From a virus, in IMG/VR virus record IMGVR_UViG_3300018036_000022, positions 1 to 42,910 of that record: a DNA stretch of 42,910 nucleotides; one strand, given 5' to 3'. Made by a program: the position numbers and the translations under genes. The notes under the pieces are model-generated. The model saw only the letters and a list, made by a program, of their open reading frames with translations. It did not search any database and was not told where the DNA came from. How positions within the stretch are numbered: position 1 is the stretch's first letter; the number at the start of each line of letters is the position of its first letter. Below are positions 20,701 through 30,165 of the stretch, piece after piece.

Positions 20701-20855
20701 CAGATGGGGCTGGAGGATTTAGGGTGGTAGCCGGTACCACAACTGACCTAACCACAGCAACAACTGCAAGTTACACTAGCTCGGCGGATGCGGATAAACC
20801 GTATCTAATTATTCGTAACACATTCGTATTAGCCAAAGGAAGACTTGATGTCTAG
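17733..20855 (+). CDS. Tail fibre/tailspike-like protein with probable right-handed beta-helix (pectate-lyase-like) region
   Basis: N-terminus 'NNEVDTNFANLNIGKVENDGSIPMTGNLTAPG' is fibre-like. Middle 'LRNIVLPDGVYYTSRLTVPDNFAILGNSKRAVIKA...NNITFRNLTIDGNMINNVTW...YDNIDVLNTVGSGLYALDNDRIRIAGCKFRNGG' shows beta-helix rungs. Confidence 0.75.
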   Translation: MSTIKYRQNETDFESNIRTTNLTGETFKGAPLSNNEVDTNFANLNIGKVENDGSIPMTGNLTAPGITSSDQTNGFRLYNQNGDLVLTAGADNDKDVVFEGNIDVGDQGAINLNVGGGDIVTKNLYLNGRLIDQALSEEYKVSNVGEVMEATVLDSPTLVLDGNHSAGDTTLDVTSVANVFVGDSITSVVSGIPANTTITEINGNTITISNGLSANMASASNILCNDGKMLAKFATICKLVQRVGTFAVGETVQGNSTGFQGVVHKVQGDLVWVIMNNDTQKFSGSEFLQQIVGGIPDTSIQGLITEVINTDTIKVGHKIKVFGVQSNDPAVPTDEAAPTPAATSTKNGTTDGGLPTQNYYYWTSQFRFDNGKIGEAAGPTDVIAHNTPANFTSLRYNALSLTRSSGEYGMLIYRGSTTDLQDAELIAVLGPRELGSITSGIIFNDQGIFTRTEWSSKTNDTNAFSVESTATGRLDGTYSTPSNMVYFPQKPPTNEQINTNVVNPRGWYSATVEKVHNKKTLRFTEKLYHGDNYVQLVHDNTAGLQLAINEFRDLALRNIVLPDGVYYTSRLTVPDNFAILGNSKRAVIKAIPWNFDHYADVINPNQKGCILTPQTDTPNNITFRNLTIDGNMINNVTWTETQSNFPITMPQGSDIVYDNIDVLNTVGSGLYALDNDRIRIAGCKFRNGGLSYGEDDALTSLLVSSSTFTTVSDNIFENWTSAIDASVTRIGTIIGNTIRNCGSGLLIFGSGNLISSPNLIMGTDDEFIPAVDTMDSDFDSINVKLDLGVDYQSPSMLYLRRGVAMHLGDNQDLVSGVAVPGTEVELSADILALTKRNNVEALGAIGGSLDYSNNGSGNPIITVPINGNGGDFGLENGYFQWKITSANVNALPSYNELKADWTATSPPSDESLIGLIYRIKATEYAYAYEADGRILVNNFEKVDSNNGKFTLKSNDDKNVFAVGDVIKTQNVSGATLNFTGSSWTVTSVESDGAGGFRVVAGTTTDLTTATTASYTSSADADKPYLIIRNTFVLAKGRLDV

Positions 20856-23805
20856 TTTAACAAATGTAAATAATAACGCTGCGGTCGTCGTCGTAGGTAG
20901 AACCGCACCGGTACCACCAGGACAACAGATTGCATCAAAATCTCTTCCTGTGGTTATCGCTTCGGATCAGCCAGCGATTCCCGTAGAGGAACAAAACAAA
21001 ATTGCTTCTGAGGTTGCGTTATCGCTCCTCGGGATTCCGCGTTCGGAAGTCGCACTCGGTATCTTTGCTGACGTTAACACCTACGATGTTAACCCAAGTG
21101 AATGGGCTTCGACTCCAGAACAAAGAGATGGTTACTCAGCTTCGTCCGATAAAGCCTATGATGGTTTTAATGGTACTCAGAACCACGGTCTGCAACATAT
21201 TCCTGAAGAATCTGGTGCTCTTATTGAGGCACCGGCGAATAAGACCGCAACATTAACATCTAAGAGATTCTTTAGATACCAACCCGGTCGTGTGTCGGCC
21301 GCAACGTTTGGTGTTAAGACATCGGTCGTACCAAATGCTTCGTCTAGTAAGCATGTTCGTAACCCGTGCGTTCGTAAGTACGGTATCTTTGATAACTTTG
21401 ATGGATACTATTGGGAAACTCGTGATACTGGAACCGGTGACTTCCTTTCGGTTGTTCGTCGTACACAATCAATCATTGAGTCCAATCCGTTAACGTTTGG
21501 TTCAGAACAAACTGAAGACTTTGGTACTGCAGGTAATCCGTCCACAAGTACTGCTGGCGATCTATGTATTCTGAGAGATGGTCTTATCCATACTCATGCA
21601 GCTATGTACGATCCATCATTACTTCTTGAAGAAACCGAGTATGAATTTACTGGTGTAAGCACAGGTACTATTACCGTTGCATCAACATCAGGACTTAACG
21701 AAGGTCAGCATGTTATCTATGAGACTCAAGAAACGTCTGCCTTAGGTAACCTCCTTCACTCACGAATTTATAAAATCTTAAACCTCACTGGTACTACCTT
21801 TGAGTTAACTGAACTGGATAACGATACTAAGATCGTCGTTGGTTCTTTGAGTGGTACTCATATCATTAAGACTCCTGCTCCATTCGTATTCCCAGACACC
21901 TCGAATAACGCAGGTGCTGAAGACGTAATGTTTCCATATAAGAGATCGTTCTCAAATGAGTTTGCTGTGCTTGGTACTCCAGTTGGCGCGATCGCTACTG
22001 ATACTTCTGATGCATACGCTCACTCAGGATTCGATGGAGATGGTGATTCAAACGCAGCAGTTATTCAAGAGATTAAAAAGGTTAACTCTGGTGTATCGTG
22101 TGCATTGCTTCCGGTAAACGGTACTGCATCTCATGATACTTCAGGATGGGAAAACTTTGTTGAGTGGAACGTAAAACCAGAGTTCTATAAGGTTTACGAG
22201 TATCGTATCCCACGCTCAAGATTCTCAGGTGACTTTGTTGACGGAAACGAAGATCGTAATGTATACTATTCAGATGTGGTTCGCACAGGCGGCGGCGATG
22301 ATACTATTAAGTATCCTGGCCAAAACGTTAAGACCGTTGCGGATCCAGATGCAAACGAGATTAGGGACTCCATTTGGAACCTTGACTTTACTAAGGTTCT
22401 CATGCAGAAGATCGAGTTCTCTTGGTATGGTGCTGTTGGCGCGCTCTTCCTTGCGTATGTTCCCGTAAGTAACGGGGAAGCAAGATGGGTTCGTATCCAC
22501 CACCTTCGCGCATCAAACCAATTAAAGGTTGCCTCTCTTGGTAACGCTACATTGCCTATCACGTATACCGTATATGGCGGTGGCTCAACCAATATGTATG
22601 GTTATGATAACGCCTCAAGGCAACAAAACTCAATTCCTGGTTCTGGTTCATACTCGCAATACATTACTAAGTATGGTGCTTCGTATTATATTGACGGCGG
22701 TGACAGAGGAACCGTTCGCCTTCATAGCTACTCAACTGAATCCGCTTCGGATGTCTACGGATCTAAGTATTCTTCGAGCAACTGGACAAAAGGTACTACG
22801 AATGGTTACGCCCACATTGAGATTAGTGGTACTAATATCGCCAGTGATGGGTTCCCAGCGATTTCAGACTATTACATGAAGTCAAGAGTCGTATCAAATA
22901 ACCCAGCCGACAGAGGCGTATTTGTAGAGTGGGTGATACCAAACTCTAGTAACGACGGTGGTAAACTAATTCTAAACAAGCCTCTAGTAGGTACGGGTGG
23001 CATCGGAGTTATTGCTGATAGACCACAACTTGTCTTTGGTTTACAGACTAAGCAAAACATTATTAGTTCTCAGAACCAAGCGGTTCGTAACCGTGTACAG
23101 GTTTATCCAACACGACTTGCGACAGGCGTCTCTGGTTCAGGTACGGTTTCCCTACAGCTACTTAAGAATCCAACATTCCAAAGTTATGATGTTGATGATT
23201 GGTCCGGTGATCTAACGATCCATGGTACTGACATTGCGATTCAGCCTGCTGGGCAACCAACTACCCTAACTACAACTGCTACACCAACAGGACTAACCGC
23301 CGGTGATAGAATCTATGGATGGTTTAGATCTCATTACGATTCTTCGGTGGACGCAAACGAAACATTGTTCCCAGTACTAGGTTATGTAACGGTTCTTGCT
23401 AGTGGATTTACTTTTACTTCTCTAGAATCATTTAGTAGCACGGTTTATATAGATGCAAGTGAAACCTTCCTATACGCTGGAAACTATGACGAGGATGGCA
23501 CTGCCCTTGCTCTGGCAAATGCGGTAAGTACATTTGAGATCGAACGATTAAGTTCTGTCGTTGTCAATCCTGAGCTAAGAACTCCGATTCCTGGCACAGG
23601 AACTCAAGTTACAACGTTCTTCGTTGGAGCAGGTGGTCAGCAGTTTGATTTGCTACCTTACTTTGATTATAATAAGGACTACTTATCGTTCCCTCTTACT
23701 AACGAGGTGGATACTTTGTTCCTTGCTTCTTCATCAGTTGCGGCATATAATTCAGGTTCAGCGGAGGCCTCGGTTCTAGCGAGTTTAACATGGGAAGAAC
23801 AATAA
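20845..23805 (+). CDS. Virion structural protein / putative adhesin (paralogue A)
   Basis: 986 aa. Contains 'RYQPGRVSAATFGVKTS' and 'KIEFSWYGAVGALFLAYVPVSNGEARWVRIHHLRA...YGASYYIDGGDRGTVRLHSYS', shared with the next gene. Confidence 0.65.
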   Translation: MMSSLTNVNNNAAVVVVGRTAPVPPGQQIASKSLPVVIASDQPAIPVEEQNKIASEVALSLLGIPRSEVALGIFADVNTYDVNPSEWASTPEQRDGYSASSDKAYDGFNGTQNHGLQHIPEESGALIEAPANKTATLTSKRFFRYQPGRVSAATFGVKTSVVPNASSSKHVRNPCVRKYGIFDNFDGYYWETRDTGTGDFLSVVRRTQSIIESNPLTFGSEQTEDFGTAGNPSTSTAGDLCILRDGLIHTHAAMYDPSLLLEETEYEFTGVSTGTITVASTSGLNEGQHVIYETQETSALGNLLHSRIYKILNLTGTTFELTELDNDTKIVVGSLSGTHIIKTPAPFVFPDTSNNAGAEDVMFPYKRSFSNEFAVLGTPVGAIATDTSDAYAHSGFDGDGDSNAAVIQEIKKVNSGVSCALLPVNGTASHDTSGWENFVEWNVKPEFYKVYEYRIPRSRFSGDFVDGNEDRNVYYSDVVRTGGGDDTIKYPGQNVKTVADPDANEIRDSIWNLDFTKVLMQKIEFSWYGAVGALFLAYVPVSNGEARWVRIHHLRASNQLKVASLGNATLPITYTVYGGGSTNMYGYDNASRQQNSIPGSGSYSQYITKYGASYYIDGGDRGTVRLHSYSTESASDVYGSKYSSSNWTKGTTNGYAHIEISGTNIASDGFPAISDYYMKSRVVSNNPADRGVFVEWVIPNSSNDGGKLILNKPLVGTGGIGVIADRPQLVFGLQTKQNIISSQNQAVRNRVQVYPTRLATGVSGSGTVSLQLLKNPTFQSYDVDDWSGDLTIHGTDIAIQPAGQPTTLTTTATPTGLTAGDRIYGWFRSHYDSSVDANETLFPVLGYVTVLASGFTFTSLESFSSTVYIDASETFLYAGNYDEDGTALALANAVSTFEIERLSSVVVNPELRTPIPGTGTQVTTFFVGAGGQQFDLLPYFDYNKDYLSFPLTNEVDTLFLASSSVAAYNSGSAEASVLASLTWEEQ

Positions 23806-23808
23806 ACT

Positions 23809-26800
23809 ATGTCTTACTTAAACACCACCGTCTACTCGTCATCCGGCGGAAGCACGGCTGCAGGTGCCAATTATACCTTTAAGATCCCGAGGTACACACC
23901 TCTAGATCCGTCCGAGTCGCCTGATAGTAACGGTGACTATCCAAGTGGTGTTATTGATACCTCACACGCTGTTAAAGTTGGTGACATTGCGTATTCTGGT
24001 CAAACTGGACCAGGATCTGGCGGAGGTCTGCCTGAGACCGGTGTAAAGATTATAGGCATTACTGGTGTTGGTGGAGACGGCGGAGAATCAATAACCCTGC
24101 AGGTAGAAAACCTTGAGGGTAATATTCAAGGTTTGAGCGCTGGCGATTGGATTACCATAGACAGAGTTCAAAACGCTACTGAGGGTGGTAAGATATCCTT
24201 CAGTAAGTATCCCGTGCAGACCATCACTGGTCAAGTACCTCTCTTTGATATCGTAAGTGGTGAGAAACTTGTTGACGAAACAGGTATTGAGCTCGTAACC
24301 GATGCAGAGATTTCAGTAAGAGAGATCGCTAACTCAGAGAACGCAACTGGGGTAGTTATGCCAAGTGGTATAGGTACTACAGCGATTCCTGTCGTTGAGG
24401 TCTTTCAAGAAACTTCAGAAACATCAACTACCCTGCTTGGCGTTAATCGCGCTGAGGAGCAACTATCGTTATTCTCCGATGTATCAACGCTGGGTCTTAA
24501 TGATGAGGAGTGGGAGTTCTATACTCTGACTAGTGGCTCCAGTATTAGTGCATGGGATAATCGTGGTACCGCAAGATTTGGAAATCACTACAACGCGTCC
24601 TTTATAGAACAAACCAAAGAACAGGCCTTAGAGCTTGGCGCGTTTCCGGTTCCTTTTAGGTATCCGTTTGGCCCAAGATTCGCGAACCAAGGATTCTACA
24701 ATGAGGATCTTTATACACAATTTGTTGCTTTCATTACGTTAGGAAATACTCTTTACACACATTTCTCAACGACTGAACGACAAGCCACATACGGATCCAC
24801 GTTTAAGGATAATTTTTTGGATCCTTCAAAAGTTACAATAGACGGAAGTAACGACTTATCGTTTAATGGAGTCACTGAGGCTCAAGGCTATGTTCTGATT
24901 GATACTTGGACACGTGCATGGGTGGATCTTAATGATAGCGTTTTAGTTAATCCTATCAACGAGTTTGATCCGTTCACGCCTAGGGCCATAAACGCTATAA
25001 CAGGAAACAGCCCGCTATTCTCAGAGACTCGTCCTGGGTATGCGTCTGGCGATCAACGATTTAGTTATCTTCAGTCCAAAAAAGCTTATCGGTATCAGCC
25101 TGGGCGTATCTCTGGATTCACGTTTGGTTTAAGAGCATCGTCTGACTCAGGTTCAGAACAAAACGTTTTGGAGTGGGGTATAACCAACCCAACTGACCAA
25201 TACGTATTTCAGCTGAAAGGCGCAACGCTTAACATCGTTCGTAGGTCAACGATCCCATTACCTTCTGCGGTTATGGAGAGGCAGGGATTGAATCCTTTGA
25301 CCGACCAGGTGCTTAAGGCTTCTGGTGATCCAAATGATATTGATCCAGAGACTGGTGAAGCAAGAGAATACTTTACTGTTGAGATCCCAAGAGATAATTG
25401 GAACATTGACCAACTTAATGGTAATGGTCCTTCTGGATATCTACTTACATCAAAACAAGTTACGATGTATAAGATTGAGTTCTCTTGGTACGGCGCTATC
25501 GGTGCTAAGTTTTATGCATATGTACCAGTGAAGAACAGCGAAGCAAGATGGGTTCATGTTCATACGCTTGTTATTGAAAACTTAATGGGTCAGCCATGTC
25601 TTGAGGATCCGTTCTTTAGGTTTAGATACTCTCTTAACATTAGAGATTCGGCAAGGCTTAGAACTCCACAGTACGTCTACAAATATGGTGCATCCATGTA
25701 TATCGATGGTGGAGACGAGGGTACAGTAACTCAGCATTCGTATTCTTCTGGTCTAAGATCCATCGTAAGTACGCAGGATACGTCTGCTTTGGGCGTTTAT
25801 CCAAAATCTATTATTACTAATAAGACTGGGTACGAGAAAGAAAACAAGAAAACTATTTATCCAAAGTCCGTCAACATATCGTCTGACGAGTATGCTCAGG
25901 TTAAGATCATTAAGTGTAAAGCGTGTCCAGGGTTTGGTCATAACTATAACTTAGGTCTTAAGTCTGGAGCAAACGGTCGTACCGCTAACTTTAAGTTCAA
26001 CACTCTCAATCTTAGTTCAATTACAATCAATCCTGATACTACGAGCTACACATTGGACCTAGACCTTGATGATGATGGTACTAACGATGCTACCTCTGAG
26101 TTGTTTCAGCTAACCGATAACGGTGCAAAGATTATTGCTGACGGTATTTACTCAACCTATATTGAGGTTGATGAAGGATCCGAGGTGCTTGATGGATCAA
26201 CTATCATTGGTTACACATCGGCAAATCTAAAAAGAATTGTTCAGAACTCATACACCAAAAGTACAGTGACAAACGTTTCATCCCAGGCCAATCCTAACTC
26301 TGGGTTTGATGATTCTGGTATTGTGATTCTAGGTAATGGCTCGCCTATTACTCTGACTGACTACGCAACTGACTCTGGCGCAACGTATCCTCATACGATG
26401 CGTATATCAAACTATGATGGTATAGCTGCATCCACGGTCGCTCTTACGGGTAGTACCATTGATGTTAACTTCTTAAATCCGTATAAAAACGACGGTAGCC
26501 ACTTTGCTGAATTCTATATCGGTGTGACCGATAAGGAACCACAAGAGGATAACGGTGAGCTTAAGTTTGAGGTTGCTCCAGGAGATCTTCAGCCAATTGT
26601 TCCCGACAGTGATGTGCTCTTTGGCGAGTACACGCAATCAACAACTAGTCGTAACAGACTTGGCCAGGATACCGGAGAAGCAAACTATCCACTTGAAAGA
26701 AAGATGGAGATAGATTACCGTATTCCACAACCTCCTAAAGAAATTATTTCTTACGACTCAAACGGTGATCCAGTATATGATCCAAACGACACTACTGGTG

Positions 26801-27591
26801 ACTGTTCACGAGTAAGAATAACCGTTCAGACTAAATCAGAGTTGGAAGGGATCGTTACTGATACCAATCCGCAAACTGGTGTTAACGATGGAACGATATA
26901 CTTCTACTTAAACTCTGGTTTTGCCTTTCCCAACGGTACATTGACCGGTGGTGAACTTGGAATCAATAATGCTGGTTCTGGAGTAACGTTTGCTAGTGAG
27001 GCAACATCGTTTCAAGTAATTGGCGTAACACGAGAGTTTGCTGAGATATCTGCTTTGCCAACAGGAAAGAACTCTGGCGATGCAGTAACGATTCAGCTTA
27101 CTCCGGTTAGACTAACAGCGACAAAGATTGATGAAACTAAGATCTTTCAGTTTAATCCTTATCCGCTTTACCTTGTCGTAAAAATGAAGGATAACGCTGC
27201 GCTTAACTCACTCTCTGTAACTGAAACGATTGGTAACACTCAGCTTAGCTCAACGCCTCTTTGGTTGGTTAACTCTTTGTGTGAAACTGATAACGCGGGT
27301 GGCAGAGCGGATCCTACCTTACCTCCGCTTAACTTTGTTGCAGATAACCGTTTAGATTCGGCTCAGGTTGATGTTCAGTGTGGACAAAAATTAAGACAAG
27401 GCGTACTAAAAGATTCATTTTTCATCGGACAAAACGAAACCAAAGATATTGATCTGTTAAATATATTTGGAAGGGATCGTGAAGTAATCACTGCGGACCT
27501 TTTGAATCTTGATGCCACTTTCTTTGCCGCTAAGACGGTGACTGCTGGTTCAGGAAATATACAGATCACTTTGAACACGGCAGAGCAATAA
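23809..27591 (+). CDS. Virion structural protein / putative adhesin (paralogue B)
   Basis: 1260 aa. Contains 'RYQPGRISGFTFGLRAS' and 'KIEFSWYGAIGAKFYAYVPVKNSEARWVHVHTLVI...YGASMYIDGGDEGTVTQHSYS'. Confidence 0.65.
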   Translation: MSYLNTTVYSSSGGSTAAGANYTFKIPRYTPLDPSESPDSNGDYPSGVIDTSHAVKVGDIAYSGQTGPGSGGGLPETGVKIIGITGVGGDGGESITLQVENLEGNIQGLSAGDWITIDRVQNATEGGKISFSKYPVQTITGQVPLFDIVSGEKLVDETGIELVTDAEISVREIANSENATGVVMPSGIGTTAIPVVEVFQETSETSTTLLGVNRAEEQLSLFSDVSTLGLNDEEWEFYTLTSGSSISAWDNRGTARFGNHYNASFIEQTKEQALELGAFPVPFRYPFGPRFANQGFYNEDLYTQFVAFITLGNTLYTHFSTTERQATYGSTFKDNFLDPSKVTIDGSNDLSFNGVTEAQGYVLIDTWTRAWVDLNDSVLVNPINEFDPFTPRAINAITGNSPLFSETRPGYASGDQRFSYLQSKKAYRYQPGRISGFTFGLRASSDSGSEQNVLEWGITNPTDQYVFQLKGATLNIVRRSTIPLPSAVMERQGLNPLTDQVLKASGDPNDIDPETGEAREYFTVEIPRDNWNIDQLNGNGPSGYLLTSKQVTMYKIEFSWYGAIGAKFYAYVPVKNSEARWVHVHTLVIENLMGQPCLEDPFFRFRYSLNIRDSARLRTPQYVYKYGASMYIDGGDEGTVTQHSYSSGLRSIVSTQDTSALGVYPKSIITNKTGYEKENKKTIYPKSVNISSDEYAQVKIIKCKACPGFGHNYNLGLKSGANGRTANFKFNTLNLSSITINPDTTSYTLDLDLDDDGTNDATSELFQLTDNGAKIIADGIYSTYIEVDEGSEVLDGSTIIGYTSANLKRIVQNSYTKSTVTNVSSQANPNSGFDDSGIVILGNGSPITLTDYATDSGATYPHTMRISNYDGIAASTVALTGSTIDVNFLNPYKNDGSHFAEFYIGVTDKEPQEDNGELKFEVAPGDLQPIVPDSDVLFGEYTQSTTSRNRLGQDTGEANYPLERKMEIDYRIPQPPKEIISYDSNGDPVYDPNDTTGDCSRVRITVQTKSELEGIVTDTNPQTGVNDGTIYFYLNSGFAFPNGTLTGGELGINNAGSGVTFASEATSFQVIGVTREFAEISALPTGKNSGDAVTIQLTPVRLTATKIDETKIFQFNPYPLYLVVKMKDNAALNSLSVTETIGNTQLSSTPLWLVNSLCETDNAGGRADPTLPPLNFVADNRLDSAQVDVQCGQKLRQGVLKDSFFIGQNETKDIDLLNIFGRDREVITADLLNLDATFFAAKTVTAGSGNIQITLNTAEQ

Positions 27592-27592
27592 C

Positions 27593-30154
27593 ATGGCGTT
27601 TGAGACAAAAGTTTATTACGGATTCAAGGTTTCAAACAACCTTTCCGATGTGATTAACAAATCACAGGCACTACGAGTACTTACTCTTGAAGTCGGAGAT
27701 ATTGATATCATCCGAGGGGTTAGGAGTGGTAACGATAACGGTGCGTCTGCGACTAGGTTTGATTTTCAAGCTATGTCTCGACTTAAGGAAGATGTCTATA
27801 GAACCATTGATCGATTTCAGGGAGACAGTGGACAGTACGAGGAAATCCTTAGAGAAAGCCCTGGTGCAGATATATCGTTAAGAGGTAACTTAAACGTCAA
27901 TGGTGGTATTGGTGGTTCTGCTATTAGATACCGTTCACTTAATGCTACAGACAACGGAATCAACTTTCTTGATATCTCAACCTCAAGGGTTTCAGCGTGG
28001 TCAACCACAACCAATCCTCCTACTGATGCGGATCCGATCTATTATGGCGGTGAGGTAAAGGTTCTTACAGGTGGTAAACTGATCGTTGATAACATGACGT
28101 TTGGGACTGCTGCTCTTCCTAAACTATTTAACGCTGAGGTACCTACACATAAGGTTCGTATTACGATTGACGGATCTGATTATGATATGTATGCAATGAA
28201 GAGCATACCTCTAAAGTTTCGTGGATTCTTTAGACGATTTGATTGGAGTTCGGTATTCACCAGTTATGACGGTAGTCTTAAGGCAAGCTGGAGAATCGTA
28301 AACGTAAACAACTCCTCAGATATTCAATCATACGCCGACAGGGGAACTAACACAAGCTCATCGTTGAGTTATCGTTCAGTAAGATCCGCTGAAAGGGACG
28401 TAGAGTTTTATTATCCTCCTGATAATATTACATCCTTCTCGGCCACGTCTTCTGGAATCAGAGAGTTACCTGCCGCATCATTACCTAATCTTTCATCGTT
28501 GAATTTGTTCAATAACGAACTACTAACGATGCCGGATCTCAATGTCTTTGCGCCAAACCTAGTTTCATTGAACATTTCAAGAAACGCAATGTATCAGTCA
28601 GACGATGAGGCATATCGTAAACTTAATGCAGCAGTCGTTAAGCGTATTCCTTCAACGGTTACCTCTCTTACTCTTTACGGTAACTTCTATGGAGGTATTC
28701 GTACCACAACGACTAACACTCCTTCCGGAGTAAATGATAGTGGTACACCAGGATCAAACCCATCAGTAATTGAGGCAAGATTTCCAAACCTAACACAGCT
28801 GTATCTTGGGCGCGGCGGAGGGGCATACTTTTCACCGGACGACTACGACACCGCATCGTATCTTCCAACGGTACCTGCTTCACTTGAGGTGTTTCATGCG
28901 CATAGTAATGACTTTAGGGCCATACCCTCAACGGGTCTAGTGGACAGGGCCAACCTTACAAACTTTCATGTCAGCGGTAACACGAGACTATCCGATAGCA
29001 ACTGGGAGACCTCTGCCTTCAGTAACGCCGATGATCTTAACTACTTAAACTTCGCGGCAACTCAACTTAGGCTACCGTCCTTGCAGAACAAGACTAATCT
29101 TGCAACGATCTATGGTCACTACTCAAGTGGTGGAGAATTTTATACAAACAACGCCGTTGAGTCTACTTATAAGCTAGAGAACTGTTCGTCTTTGAGTAAT
29201 CTTACGATGTATAGATCTGGCCTAAACGGATTCATACCAAAGTTTAAGGGTAATACTTCTCTTAACCGTCTTCATTTGTGGGTATGCCAAGGGTTAGCCG
29301 GTGGCCGTCCAGATAATGGATCACACGGGTATGCTGATGGTGAAACGTATGTTATGTATCAAGATACCTTTGATGACTGCAGAGACACACTTGGTTACTT
29401 TTATTACTTAAGTAACAGTGCCTTGTACGAAAAGGGTTTCGAGGATGGCACGTGGTCAAACCTTTCGAATCTAAGACATTTATATTGGTATAGTTATAGA
29501 AGAACCGGTGGCGGAAGAAACGACGTATTGGTTCCTGACCTTTCTTCGTTACCTTCACTTCAAGTATTATATATGCCGGTCAATAACTTTAGCGGATCTG
29601 CGCCATCCTTGGTATCCAATAACGATATTAGGTATATGAACTTATCCAACAATAAGTTAACCGGTGCGGTTCCTGAGTACTCAAACAGACTTCGTATGTA
29701 CTACATTGGTTTGTATAACAATAATATAACCAGTTTCCCTGGCCTAGAATCCATGCCTTCGTTATATTATTTGTTCTTACACAACAATAATAACTTAACC
29801 GGACCTATCCCTGATATATCTGGTCCAGCACCTGGCATTGGTTATCTGTATTTGTATAACTGTGATTTCACTTCATACACTCGAGGATCGTTCGCTAACT
29901 TTACTCGTATTCGTAGAATTCTTTTACAAAACAACTCGTTGTCGACAACTGACATAGACAACATGTTTGTTGACTTTGAGAACATATACGATAGCACTGG
30001 AAACAGCAGGGTACAGGTTAATTTAAGAGGTCAACCACAAACATACGCGCCAAGAACCGTGGATCAAGAACCTGAATTAGAGGGTACCGCTGAAGCTGAA
30101 ACAGCAAGGATTCTTGCTAAGCTTAGAGCGGCTGGTTGGTCGATATCACTGTAA
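27593..30154 (+). CDS. Leucine-rich-repeat virion-associated protein with structural N-terminus (putative receptor-binding protein)
   Basis: Many LxxLxLxxN units: 'LPNLSSLNLFNNELLTMPDL','APNLVSLNISRNAM','VTSLTLYGNFYGGI','DIRYMNLSNNKLTGAVPEYS','SLYYLFLHNNNNLTGPIPDISG'. Confidence 0.82.
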   Translation: MAFETKVYYGFKVSNNLSDVINKSQALRVLTLEVGDIDIIRGVRSGNDNGASATRFDFQAMSRLKEDVYRTIDRFQGDSGQYEEILRESPGADISLRGNLNVNGGIGGSAIRYRSLNATDNGINFLDISTSRVSAWSTTTNPPTDADPIYYGGEVKVLTGGKLIVDNMTFGTAALPKLFNAEVPTHKVRITIDGSDYDMYAMKSIPLKFRGFFRRFDWSSVFTSYDGSLKASWRIVNVNNSSDIQSYADRGTNTSSSLSYRSVRSAERDVEFYYPPDNITSFSATSSGIRELPAASLPNLSSLNLFNNELLTMPDLNVFAPNLVSLNISRNAMYQSDDEAYRKLNAAVVKRIPSTVTSLTLYGNFYGGIRTTTTNTPSGVNDSGTPGSNPSVIEARFPNLTQLYLGRGGGAYFSPDDYDTASYLPTVPASLEVFHAHSNDFRAIPSTGLVDRANLTNFHVSGNTRLSDSNWETSAFSNADDLNYLNFAATQLRLPSLQNKTNLATIYGHYSSGGEFYTNNAVESTYKLENCSSLSNLTMYRSGLNGFIPKFKGNTSLNRLHLWVCQGLAGGRPDNGSHGYADGETYVMYQDTFDDCRDTLGYFYYLSNSALYEKGFEDGTWSNLSNLRHLYWYSYRRTGGGRNDVLVPDLSSLPSLQVLYMPVNNFSGSAPSLVSNNDIRYMNLSNNKLTGAVPEYSNRLRMYYIGLYNNNITSFPGLESMPSLYYLFLHNNNNLTGPIPDISGPAPGIGYLYLYNCDFTSYTRGSFANFTRIRRILLQNNSLSTTDIDNMFVDFENIYDSTGNSRVQVNLRGQPQTYAPRTVDQEPELEGTAEAETARILAKLRAAGWSISL
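28420..30000 (+). repeat. Coding leucine-rich repeat array
   Basis: Irregular ~20-30 residue LRR units within ORF 27593-30154. Confidence 0.8.
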
Positions 30155-30165
30155 GGGTATAAGAA

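Noticed and set aside
20513-20755. Minus-strand and other short alternative-frame ORFs nested in adhesin genes
   Set aside because: All inside long ORFs with consistent structural protein sequence; short, no RBS, no domain.
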